This document shows positions 18,762 to 26,543 of a DNA stretch of 32,202 bases, one piece after another. Both the position numbers and the translations under genes were made by a program. The notes below the pieces were generated by a model, which was given only the letters and a program-made list of their open reading frames with translations, searched no databases and was not told where the DNA came from. The stretch is from positions 1 to 32,202 of the forward strand of contig JAFGJV010000046.1 of the NCBI GenBank assembly GCA_016928955.1. Direction: 5' to 3'. Every line of letters begins with the position of its first letter. Positions within the stretch are counted from its first letter, which is position 1. The stretch comes from Spirochaetales bacterium. GTDB taxonomy: Bacteria; Spirochaetota; Spirochaetia; Treponematales; UBA12059.

Positions 18762-19943
18762 ATGATAAGGCTCGCCGCTACCCGTGCGGCCATGATCGCT
18801 CTTGCCGCCACCGTGCTACTGCCCTGCGCTGCGCAGGTGTCGCCCACGGCAACGCCGCTCTATAAGATCAACGAATCCCTGGGCGGGGTGACCTACACCC
18901 TGCGGAACGCCGATTACGGTCCCTTTGGCGCTGTGCTCGGTCAACCGGCCTTCTCGCCCTCCTACTCCTCCTGGATACTGCCCGTGCTGGACGACAACGG
19001 AAAGCTCGTGCTGATCGTGAACGGCAAGGAAGTGCAGATAGGCCAAAAGGCCAGGAACGCAGACGGCTGGGCCATAAGCGACGACGGCCGCACCTACGCG
19101 GGGCGCGTCGAGCTGGATACGGGCTCCGACCACGGCGAGCCCCAGTACCTGCTGGTGGCCAACGGCAAGGCATACGGACCCTATGCCCAGGTTGAGCTGC
19201 GGTCCCTGGGTTCGTCGTGGTTGGCCTGGGGTGAAGTCCGTCAGCGCAACAAGGCATCCGCTTTTACCTTGCTCATAGGCGACAAGATTTACGGGCCGTA
19301 TGAGGAGATATGGGACGCCGAATTCGACCCGCGGAGCGGCCAGCCTCTGGTGGTAGCGGTCAAGAAGGGCAAGACCTATCTGGTGGGCGGCGGGCGAGAA
19401 ACCGGCCCCTGGGAGCGGGCAGACATACTCCGGAGCCGGGACGGACGCATGCTCGGCGCCATTGTCGGGGATTCGCGCTCCATGACAGCCATGATCGGGA
19501 ACGCCAGCTACGGGCCCTACGAGAATATCGGGAGGATATGGACATCGGACAACGGGGCGTCCGTGGCCTTTGACGCGTGGAAAAACGACCAAAGCTATCT
19601 TGTGCGCGACGGCAAGGAAACGCTGGTCGACTGGGTGGACATCATGAGCGAATCTGGGCTCCTCATATACGTGGCCCAGGTGCGCGGCAAGCACTATATC
19701 GTGGTGGGCGACCGTGAATACGGCCCGTATCCCAGCCTGCGCTCGCGTTTTGCGCCGCCCGGAGGCGTGTGGGCGGTGGAGGTCGAGGTAGCGCGCGGCA
19801 GTTCGGCCATGGGCATGATTGTCACGTCCGTGGGCGAATTCCCCGGGCAGGACCTCCGTTGCGACGGAACGACGTACACCTGGATAGCGCTGGACGAAGC
19901 AGGGGTGGCAAGTCTCATGAGGCTAGAGGTGGTACAGCCGTAG
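18762..19943 (+). CDS. Secreted hypothetical protein with tandem beta-rich YGPY repeats (probable beta-propeller)
   Basis: AAGGAGG SD; hydrophobic signal ending LLPCAA-Q; repeats DYGPF, NGKAYGPY, GDKIYGPY, GRETGPW, GNASYGPY, GDREYGPY. Confidence 0.8.
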   Translation: MIRLAATRAAMIALAATVLLPCAAQVSPTATPLYKINESLGGVTYTLRNADYGPFGAVLGQPAFSPSYSSWILPVLDDNGKLVLIVNGKEVQIGQKARNADGWAISDDGRTYAGRVELDTGSDHGEPQYLLVANGKAYGPYAQVELRSLGSSWLAWGEVRQRNKASAFTLLIGDKIYGPYEEIWDAEFDPRSGQPLVVAVKKGKTYLVGGGRETGPWERADILRSRDGRMLGAIVGDSRSMTAMIGNASYGPYENIGRIWTSDNGASVAFDAWKNDQSYLVRDGKETLVDWVDIMSESGLLIYVAQVRGKHYIVVGDREYGPYPSLRSRFAPPGGVWAVEVEVARGSSAMGMIVTSVGEFPGQDLRCDGTTYTWIALDEAGVASLMRLEVVQP

Positions 19944-19990
19944 ACCGTGCCGTACGGGATGCCGAAGCTGTGAAAGGCGGCATCCCGCGC

Positions 19991-20019
19991 TTGCGCGCCG
20001 GCCATGGCTCCGCTACCAT
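19991..20019 (+). promoter_or_regulatory. Leaderless promoter of the channel operon
   Basis: TTGCGC (19991-19996), 17 bp, TACCAT (20014-20019), 6 nt, ATG 20026; no SD. Confidence 0.65.
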
Positions 20020-20025
20020 GGTCGC

Positions 20026-21909
20026 ATGAAGACGACCATTCGCGCCCGTTGGCGCTACGCGTTCGACTCGTTCATGTCCAGGGGCACCGCATCACTGATT
20101 GTCGCCCTGGGTGTCGTCACCCTGGTCCTGGTGGTGGCAGCAGCCCTGCTCCTGGCCTTGGTGGGCGTGCCCGACGGCGACGGCAACACCCTGGCCCTGG
20201 GCGAGGCCCTGTGGCAGGCCCTGATGCGTGCCATGGACGCGGGAGCCGTGGGAGCGGACACGGGTTGGGGCTTCAGGGCTGTCATGCTGGCGGTCACGCT
20301 CGGCGGCATTTTCGTGCTGTCGGCCCTGATAGGAGTCATCAGTTCGGGGCTTGAGGCCCGCTTTGACGAACTGCGCAAGGGCCGTTCGGCCATCGTGGAA
20401 TCCGGCCATACGGTGATACTCGGCTGGACTGACGACATTTTTTCCATACTGTCTGAACTGGTGGCGGCCAACGCCAACAGGCGCCGGTCCTGCGTGGCCA
20501 TCCTGGCAGACCGCGACAAGGTGGCCATGGAAGACGAGGTGCGCGGCAGGCTGGGCAAGACCGGCTCCACCCGCGTTGTGTGCCGCACGGGCGACCCGCG
20601 CGACGCTGACAGCCTGGCCATCGTGTCCGTGGCCACGAGCAGGGCCGTTGTGGTCCTGTCCGGACCCGGGAGCGACGCGGACAGCATCAAAACGCTCCTT
20701 GCCCTGGCGTCCAGGCCGCACGCCCGCGGAAGTTACCACTGCGTGGCGGAAATCCAGGACCAGGCCAACGAAAAGCCGGCCCTCATAGCCGCCCGCGGGC
20801 AGGTCAAGGTGGTTCTGACAGCCGATATCCTGGCCCGCACCATAGCCCAAACATGCAGGCAATCCGGCCTGTCGGTGGTATACGAGGAATTCCTGGACTT
20901 TGGCGGCTCGGAAATCTATTTCCAGGACGTGCCGGCCGCCAGGGGCCTGCGCTATAGGGACGTCGTTACCCGTTTCCGCACCAGCGCCGTCATCGGGCTG
21001 GCCCCGCCGGACGGGCACCCGCTCCTCAATCCGCCGCCCGACACGGTCGTTGGGCCCGGCTGGAAGGTCATAGCCCTGAGCGAGGACGACGACACCGTGG
21101 TGCCTGACGGCCTTGTATCAGCACCCCCGGTGGAACCAGCGGCGCCCGGGAGCACGGCGTCGCACCAAGGCGCCAGCTTTATATTTCTCGGCTGGAACTA
21201 CAAGCTCCCGGTGATCCTCCGCGAACTGGACGCCTATACCGGCCCGGACTCAAAAGCCATCATACTGAGTCCCCGAGCTGAGGAGCCCGTGCACCTGGCG
21301 GCCGTTCGCTCGCTGTGCTCGTCTTTGTCGTCGGTGGAGTACCTGTGCGCCGACCCGTCCGACCGCGCCGTGCTTGAGGGCCTAGCGCTGGCCGACGCCG
21401 CCCACGTGGTGGTGCTCTGCGACGATGCAGACGATCCGGCGGCAGCGGACGCCAAAGCCCTGGTGACCCTTCTCCATCTCCGGGACCTGGCGTCCGCCAA
21501 CGGCTGGCGCTACTCGCTGACCTGCGAGCTTCTGGACGCCCGCACCCGGGAGCTTGCCCGCGTTACGGAGGCGGACGACTTCATCGTCAGCGACCGCCTG
21601 GTCGGTCTCCTTCTGGTGCAGATAGCCGAGAATCCGGCCCTGTACGACGTGTTCACGGAGCTGTTCTCGCCGGAAGGCTCCGAGGTGTATTTCAAGCCCA
21701 TAAGCGACTATGTCCAGCCGGGCGCTGAAACGGACGGCTATGCCGTGTTCTCGGCAGCCGCGGCCCGCGGCCACAGCGCTCTGGGCTGGCGGATCGGGTC
21801 GCTGAAAAGCAACCCTGCCGCCTCGTATGGAGTCCGCATAAACCCGGACAAGGCCCAGAAGGTCGTCTTTGACGCCGACGACCGTCTGATCGTGGTGGCG
21901 GGAGACTGA
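20026..21909 (+). CDS. CASTOR/POLLUX/DMI1-like cation channel (TM-pore-TM plus tandem RCK domains)
   Basis: RWRYAFDSFMSRG; TM1; pore helix EALWQALMRAMDAG; TM2 LGGIFVLSALIGVIS; LRKGRSAIVESGHTVILGW; AQTCRQSGLSVVYEEFLDFGGSEIYF; second RCK FLGWN; ELFSPEGSEVYFKP; GVRINPDK. Confidence 0.88.
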   Translation: MKTTIRARWRYAFDSFMSRGTASLIVALGVVTLVLVVAAALLLALVGVPDGDGNTLALGEALWQALMRAMDAGAVGADTGWGFRAVMLAVTLGGIFVLSALIGVISSGLEARFDELRKGRSAIVESGHTVILGWTDDIFSILSELVAANANRRRSCVAILADRDKVAMEDEVRGRLGKTGSTRVVCRTGDPRDADSLAIVSVATSRAVVVLSGPGSDADSIKTLLALASRPHARGSYHCVAEIQDQANEKPALIAARGQVKVVLTADILARTIAQTCRQSGLSVVYEEFLDFGGSEIYFQDVPAARGLRYRDVVTRFRTSAVIGLAPPDGHPLLNPPPDTVVGPGWKVIALSEDDDTVVPDGLVSAPPVEPAAPGSTASHQGASFIFLGWNYKLPVILRELDAYTGPDSKAIILSPRAEEPVHLAAVRSLCSSLSSVEYLCADPSDRAVLEGLALADAAHVVVLCDDADDPAAADAKALVTLLHLRDLASANGWRYSLTCELLDARTRELARVTEADDFIVSDRLVGLLLVQIAENPALYDVFTELFSPEGSEVYFKPISDYVQPGAETDGYAVFSAAAARGHSALGWRIGSLKSNPAASYGVRINPDKAQKVVFDADDRLIVVAGD

Positions 21910-21911
21910 GG

Positions 21912-24900
21912 GTGTACTTCAACGAACTGGTCGAGTCCTACGACCGAGAACGGCGCGAGCGGGATATCTTCCACGACCTGATGCGCTACCGCGTCAGGGA
22001 AGTCCTCCTGGTGGCCAGCCTCTATGACTCCTTCATACTCGAGAGCGACGGCGCCCTGTCAGACCAGATATACGGCGAGTTCTTCAAGCTGAACCTGACC
22101 ACGGCCCCCCGCGTCACCTGCGCGTACACGTCGGAATCCGCGCTCGAGCTTTTCAGGCAGGCGCCGTTTGACCTGGTCATCCTGATGGCCGGCCTGGATT
22201 ACCAGGGGCCGCTCGAGCTGGCCGCCCAACTAAAAGAGGCCAAGCCGGGCACGCCCGTTTTGCTCCTGGCCATGAACAACTCAAGCCTGGCCGGCCTCGG
22301 CGCCGAGTGCCCGGGCAGTTTCCGCAATGTAGACCGCGTATTCGTGTGGAACGGCTATTCCAAGCTGTTTGTGGGCATGATCAAGTACGTGGAGGACCTG
22401 GCCAACGTGGACACCGACACCCGCGTGGGCATGGTCCGCGTCATCCTCCTCATAGAGGACTCGGTGCGCTACTACTCCCGCTACCTGCCGCTTTTGTACT
22501 CGGTGGTCATGAAGCAGACCCAGCAGCTGGTGGAGGACGAGCGCGTTGTCGAGACATACAAGATCCTCCGCATGCGCGGCCGGCCAAAGGTGATCCTGGC
22601 CACCAGCTACGAGGAGGCGGAGGCCCTGTTCAGGCGCTACGAACCCTACCTGCTCACCGTGATATCCGACCTGCGCTACCCCCGCGCCGGAGAGGAGGAT
22701 CCCGAGGCGGGTTTCCGATTCCTGCGGATGAGCAAGGAGCGCAAGCCGGACCTGCCCGTGCTGATCCAGTCCAGCGAGGGAGGCCACCGCGACGCGGCCT
22801 ACGCCCTGGGAGCGTCCTTCTCGGACAAGAATTCCCAGACGCTCGGCCGGGAACTGGAATTTTTCTTCCAAACCCAGCTGGGCTTTGGCCCGTTCTCGTT
22901 CCGCGACCCCGAGGGCGTGGAGTACGGCCGGGCCAGGACCATGGACGAATTCGAGGACTTGCTGGCCACGGTTCCCCCGGAATGCCTTCTGTACCACGCC
23001 GAGCGCAACCATTTCTCCGCCTGGCTCATGGCCAGGGGAGAGGTGCGCTTTGCCCGCATACTCCGCAACTACGAGCTGGACGATTTTGACGGTGTGCGGG
23101 AACTGCGGGATTTCATACTCCGCAGCATGAACGAGCTGCGCAGGGGCAAGTCGCGCGGAATCATACCGGGCCTGGGCACGCCCCGGAGGGAGCGCAGCCT
23201 GGCGCGCCTTGGCGGCGGCTCGGTGGGCGGGAAGGGCAGGGGCCTGGCCTTCATAAAAAGCCTCATAGACAACCTGGCCTTCCCGCAGGCGGACTCCGGG
23301 GGCATGGACATACGGCTCCCGTACACGGCCTTCATCGGCATAGACGAGTTCGAGGCGTGGATGGATTCCCACAACCTGTGGAATTTCGCCTGGTACGAGG
23401 AAGACGGCAGGAACCTGGCAGCCGTGTTTTTGTCCAAGCCCCTGGGCGGGGAGCTGACCGAGCGCCTGAAGGCCTTTTTGGCCACCACTGAGGCCCCTCT
23501 GGCCGTGCGCTCGTCGGGCCTGTTCGAGGACATGTTGATGGTGCCCTTCTCCGGCGTGTACGACACCTACCTGATACCCAACGCCCATCCCGATCCCGAC
23601 CAGCGCCTGGCCAGGCTGTGCGACGCCATACGGCTGGTATACGCCAGCATGTTCTCGCGCACCGCCCGCGCCTATTTCGACGCCGCGTCGTACAAAATAG
23701 AGGAAGAGCGCATGGCCGTGGTGGTCCAGGAGCTGGTTGGCGCGAGGCGCGGGCGCTGGTTCTATCCCCTGATAGCGGGTACGGCGCACTCGTACAATTA
23801 CTATCCCGTGTCGTATCTCAAGCCTGACGACGGCCTGTGCGTGGCCGCCTTCGGCCTGGGGCCCTACGTGGTGGAGGGAGGGGAGAGCTACCGCTTCTCG
23901 CCGCGCTATCCCAAACTGGATGTGGTGTCGCCCGAGCAGAGGAAGAGCGGCGGCCAGCGCTGGTTTTACGCCCTGGACATGGAGCGCCTGGACTTTGACC
24001 TGTCGGCGGGGGAAGACGCTACCCTGGCCCGCCTGGACCTGTCCGAGGCGGAGGATGACCCGCTTCTGGGCCTGGTGGTCAGCACCTGGAATTCCCAGGA
24101 CCAGCGACTTGAGCCGGGAGCGTCGGAACGTGGTCCCCGGCTGGTGGATTTTGCCCCCGTGCTCAAATACCGGGCCCTGCCCTTCGCGGAGGCCATAGAG
24201 GCGGTGCTGGAAGTGTGTTCCAAGAGCATGGGCATACCGGTGGAGATCGAATACGCGGTCAACGTGGACGGGCCAGAACGGCGACCCGTTTTGTACCTCC
24301 TCCAGATCAAGCCCCTCATCCAGAACGCGGAGAAGATCAGCGTGGACGCCGACTCGGCCAACAAGGGCGACTGCCTGGTGCTCAGCGACCGCTGCATGGG
24401 CAACGGCCGGATTGCCGAAATAGGCGACCTGGTCTACGTGGACCCCGCGCGCTGGGATCCCTTGCGGACAGAGGCCATGGCCTCGGAGCTGGAACGCGTC
24501 AACGCGTCGCTCGTCGCCGCAGGCCGCCCCTACATCCTGGTCGGCCCGGGCCGTTGGGGAACGCGCGACCGTTTCCTGGGCGTCCCGGTGAATTTTGCCC
24601 AGATTTCAGGAGCCAAGGCCATTGTGGAGGCGGACCTGGAGGATTTCCGCGTGGAATCGTCGCTTGGGTCGCATTTTTTCCATAATGTCACCGCCATGAA
24701 CATAGGGTATTTTTCCGTGCCCTGGGGCTCGCCATCTGCCTTTGTGGACTGGGACGCCATCCGGGCGCTGCCCGTTCTCTGGCGGGGCGACTACTGCGTC
24801 CACGTCCGCACACAGTCGCCCCTGGACCTCCTCATGGACGGCACGCGTGGCCACGGGGCCGTGCTCAAGCCCGGCGCACGATTGACGGGAAGCGACAAAT

Positions 24901-24923
24901 CAGACAATATCTACTGCACCTGA
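21912..24923 (+). CDS. Receiver-domain-fused PEP-synthase-like ATP-grasp (PPDK_N) protein of unknown function
   Basis: GTG 2 nt after channel stop; degenerate REC (FDLVILM); second REC with E182-D183, D253, S287, K306; ATP-grasp motifs GGKGRGL, AVRSSGLFED, FSGVYDT, MAVVVQELV, EIEYA, YLLQIKP; C-terminal GPGRWG and LGSHFFHN; no PEP/pyruvate TIM barrel. Confidence 0.85.
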   Translation: MYFNELVESYDRERRERDIFHDLMRYRVREVLLVASLYDSFILESDGALSDQIYGEFFKLNLTTAPRVTCAYTSESALELFRQAPFDLVILMAGLDYQGPLELAAQLKEAKPGTPVLLLAMNNSSLAGLGAECPGSFRNVDRVFVWNGYSKLFVGMIKYVEDLANVDTDTRVGMVRVILLIEDSVRYYSRYLPLLYSVVMKQTQQLVEDERVVETYKILRMRGRPKVILATSYEEAEALFRRYEPYLLTVISDLRYPRAGEEDPEAGFRFLRMSKERKPDLPVLIQSSEGGHRDAAYALGASFSDKNSQTLGRELEFFFQTQLGFGPFSFRDPEGVEYGRARTMDEFEDLLATVPPECLLYHAERNHFSAWLMARGEVRFARILRNYELDDFDGVRELRDFILRSMNELRRGKSRGIIPGLGTPRRERSLARLGGGSVGGKGRGLAFIKSLIDNLAFPQADSGGMDIRLPYTAFIGIDEFEAWMDSHNLWNFAWYEEDGRNLAAVFLSKPLGGELTERLKAFLATTEAPLAVRSSGLFEDMLMVPFSGVYDTYLIPNAHPDPDQRLARLCDAIRLVYASMFSRTARAYFDAASYKIEEERMAVVVQELVGARRGRWFYPLIAGTAHSYNYYPVSYLKPDDGLCVAAFGLGPYVVEGGESYRFSPRYPKLDVVSPEQRKSGGQRWFYALDMERLDFDLSAGEDATLARLDLSEAEDDPLLGLVVSTWNSQDQRLEPGASERGPRLVDFAPVLKYRALPFAEAIEAVLEVCSKSMGIPVEIEYAVNVDGPERRPVLYLLQIKPLIQNAEKISVDADSANKGDCLVLSDRCMGNGRIAEIGDLVYVDPARWDPLRTEAMASELERVNASLVAAGRPYILVGPGRWGTRDRFLGVPVNFAQISGAKAIVEADLEDFRVESSLGSHFFHNVTAMNIGYFSVPWGSPSAFVDWDAIRALPVLWRGDYCVHVRTQSPLDLLMDGTRGHGAVLKPGARLTGSDKSDNIYCT

Positions 24924-24972
24924 CGCGGGATAACACCGAAATTCCCCGTCCATCCAGAACCGGAGACGCATC

Positions 24973-26526
24973 ATGGATCCACGCACTCTGCTCAAGGGCC
25001 TGCATCCCCTTGAAATAAAGGTTCTTTTGAGTTTCAAGCCGGGCGATAGCCTGGACAGTTCCCGCCTCCAGTCCCAGCTCGGCTACGTGGAAGGCCAGGC
25101 AAACCAGGCCCAGGCTTGGCTGTCGGCCAAGGGCCTGGCCGCCGAGACGGGCCGCGTGTCCTCGGCGGTATACGAGCTTACACCCCTGGGCAGAACCTGG
25201 CTTGAGTCCGGCACGCCGGAACAGCGCATGGTCGCCTACCTGGCCAAGGGGCCTGCCGCCATGCCGGATATATGCAAAGCCCTGGGCATGGAGCAGAAAG
25301 ACGCCGGTTCAGCCTACGGGCGCCTGGCCCGGGAAGGCGTTTTGTCCATGGGCCAGGACAAACTGGTTGCGCTGGCGGATGCCGGCAAGGACAGGCGCTC
25401 TGCGGCCGTGAACGCCCTCCTGGCCAAGGCAGACGCCGCGGGCGGCACGCTGGAGGACGGCATGCTGTCGGACGGCGAGCGGGCCCTCATGGGCGAGCTG
25501 GCCAAGAAACGGGGCTCGGGCGACGCGGCGTTCCGGGCGGCGGACCGAGAAACGGTCACCTGGTCCCTCCTGGACCCGGCGGCCGAGCTTGCTGAGCTCC
25601 TCCGCACTGAGGGCGTGTCAGGCGACGAGGCAGGGGCCCTGACACAGGCCATGCTGGAGTCCGGCGCCTGGAAAACCCTCAGTTTCCGCTCGTACAACAT
25701 TCGCTCACGGCCGGCCCGTCTCATTCCGGGCAGGCGCAATCCCTACATGCAGTTCCTGGAAAGCGTCAAGGACAAACTCGTGTCCCTGGGCTTTGAGGAA
25801 TTCGACGGCTCCATGGTGGAAACGGAATTCTGGAACGGCGACGCGCTGTTCATGCCGCAATTCCACTCGGCCCGCGATATCCACGACGTGTACTACCTGG
25901 CAGAGCCCACCAAGGCCAAGTCCATAGAGGAACCCTTCCTGTCCCGCGTCGCCTCCGCGCACGAGAACGGCGGTACCACGGGCTCGCGCGGCTGGGGCTA
26001 CGGCTTTGACCGCGACTTTACCAGGCGGCTGGTGCTCCGGAGCCAGGGCACCGTTCTGTCGGCCAGGAAACTGCCCACCGCCTCGGTGCCGGGCAAGTAT
26101 TTCGGCATGGCCCGCTGTTTCCGCTACGACAAGGTCGACGCCACCCACCTGTCGGACTTCTACCAGACCGAGGGCATAGTCCTGGGCGAGGACGTGAACC
26201 TGCGGACCCTCCTTGGGTTCCTGGAAATGTTCGCCGTGGAGGTGGCCGGCGCCAAGGAAGTCAAATACGTGCCCGGCTACTTCCCGTTCACCGAGCCGTC
26301 CATAGAGGTGCACATCAAGCATCCGGTGCTCGGGTGGTTCGAGATGGGCGGGGCGGGCATCTTCCGCCCTGAGGTGACCGAGCCGCTGGGCGTGTCCGTG
26401 CCGGTGCTGGCCTGGGGCCTGGGCATAGACCGGATAGCCCTGATGGCGCTCGGCCTCAACGACATCCGGGAGCTGTTCTCGGCCGACATAGAGAGCGTGC
26501 GCCTGCGCCGCGCCCAGCTGGCCTAA
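24973..26526 (+). CDS. pheS: Phenylalanyl-tRNA synthetase alpha subunit, archaeal/eukaryal type
   Basis: 517 aa with long N-terminal helical extension; FWNGDALFMPQFHSARD, DATHLSDFYQTEG, YFPFTEPS, GAGIFRPE, AWGLGIDR. Confidence 0.97.
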   Translation: MDPRTLLKGLHPLEIKVLLSFKPGDSLDSSRLQSQLGYVEGQANQAQAWLSAKGLAAETGRVSSAVYELTPLGRTWLESGTPEQRMVAYLAKGPAAMPDICKALGMEQKDAGSAYGRLAREGVLSMGQDKLVALADAGKDRRSAAVNALLAKADAAGGTLEDGMLSDGERALMGELAKKRGSGDAAFRAADRETVTWSLLDPAAELAELLRTEGVSGDEAGALTQAMLESGAWKTLSFRSYNIRSRPARLIPGRRNPYMQFLESVKDKLVSLGFEEFDGSMVETEFWNGDALFMPQFHSARDIHDVYYLAEPTKAKSIEEPFLSRVASAHENGGTTGSRGWGYGFDRDFTRRLVLRSQGTVLSARKLPTASVPGKYFGMARCFRYDKVDATHLSDFYQTEGIVLGEDVNLRTLLGFLEMFAVEVAGAKEVKYVPGYFPFTEPSIEVHIKHPVLGWFEMGGAGIFRPEVTEPLGVSVPVLAWGLGIDRIALMALGLNDIRELFSADIESVRLRRAQLA

Positions 26527-26543
26527 AAGCGAGGAAGGACCCC

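Noticed and set aside
19955..19987. Intrinsic terminator after the repeat-protein gene (CGGGATGCCG/CGGCATCCCG stem)
   Set aside because: 10-bp stem is real but has no U-tract, so termination cannot be asserted.
21912..24923. Annotation as ppsA/ppdK
   Set aside because: Lacks the C-terminal PEP/pyruvate-binding barrel and carries receiver domains.
24924..24972. T-box or pheM attenuator before pheS
   Set aside because: Only 49 nt intergenic; no T-box sequence, Phe-rich leader or terminator.
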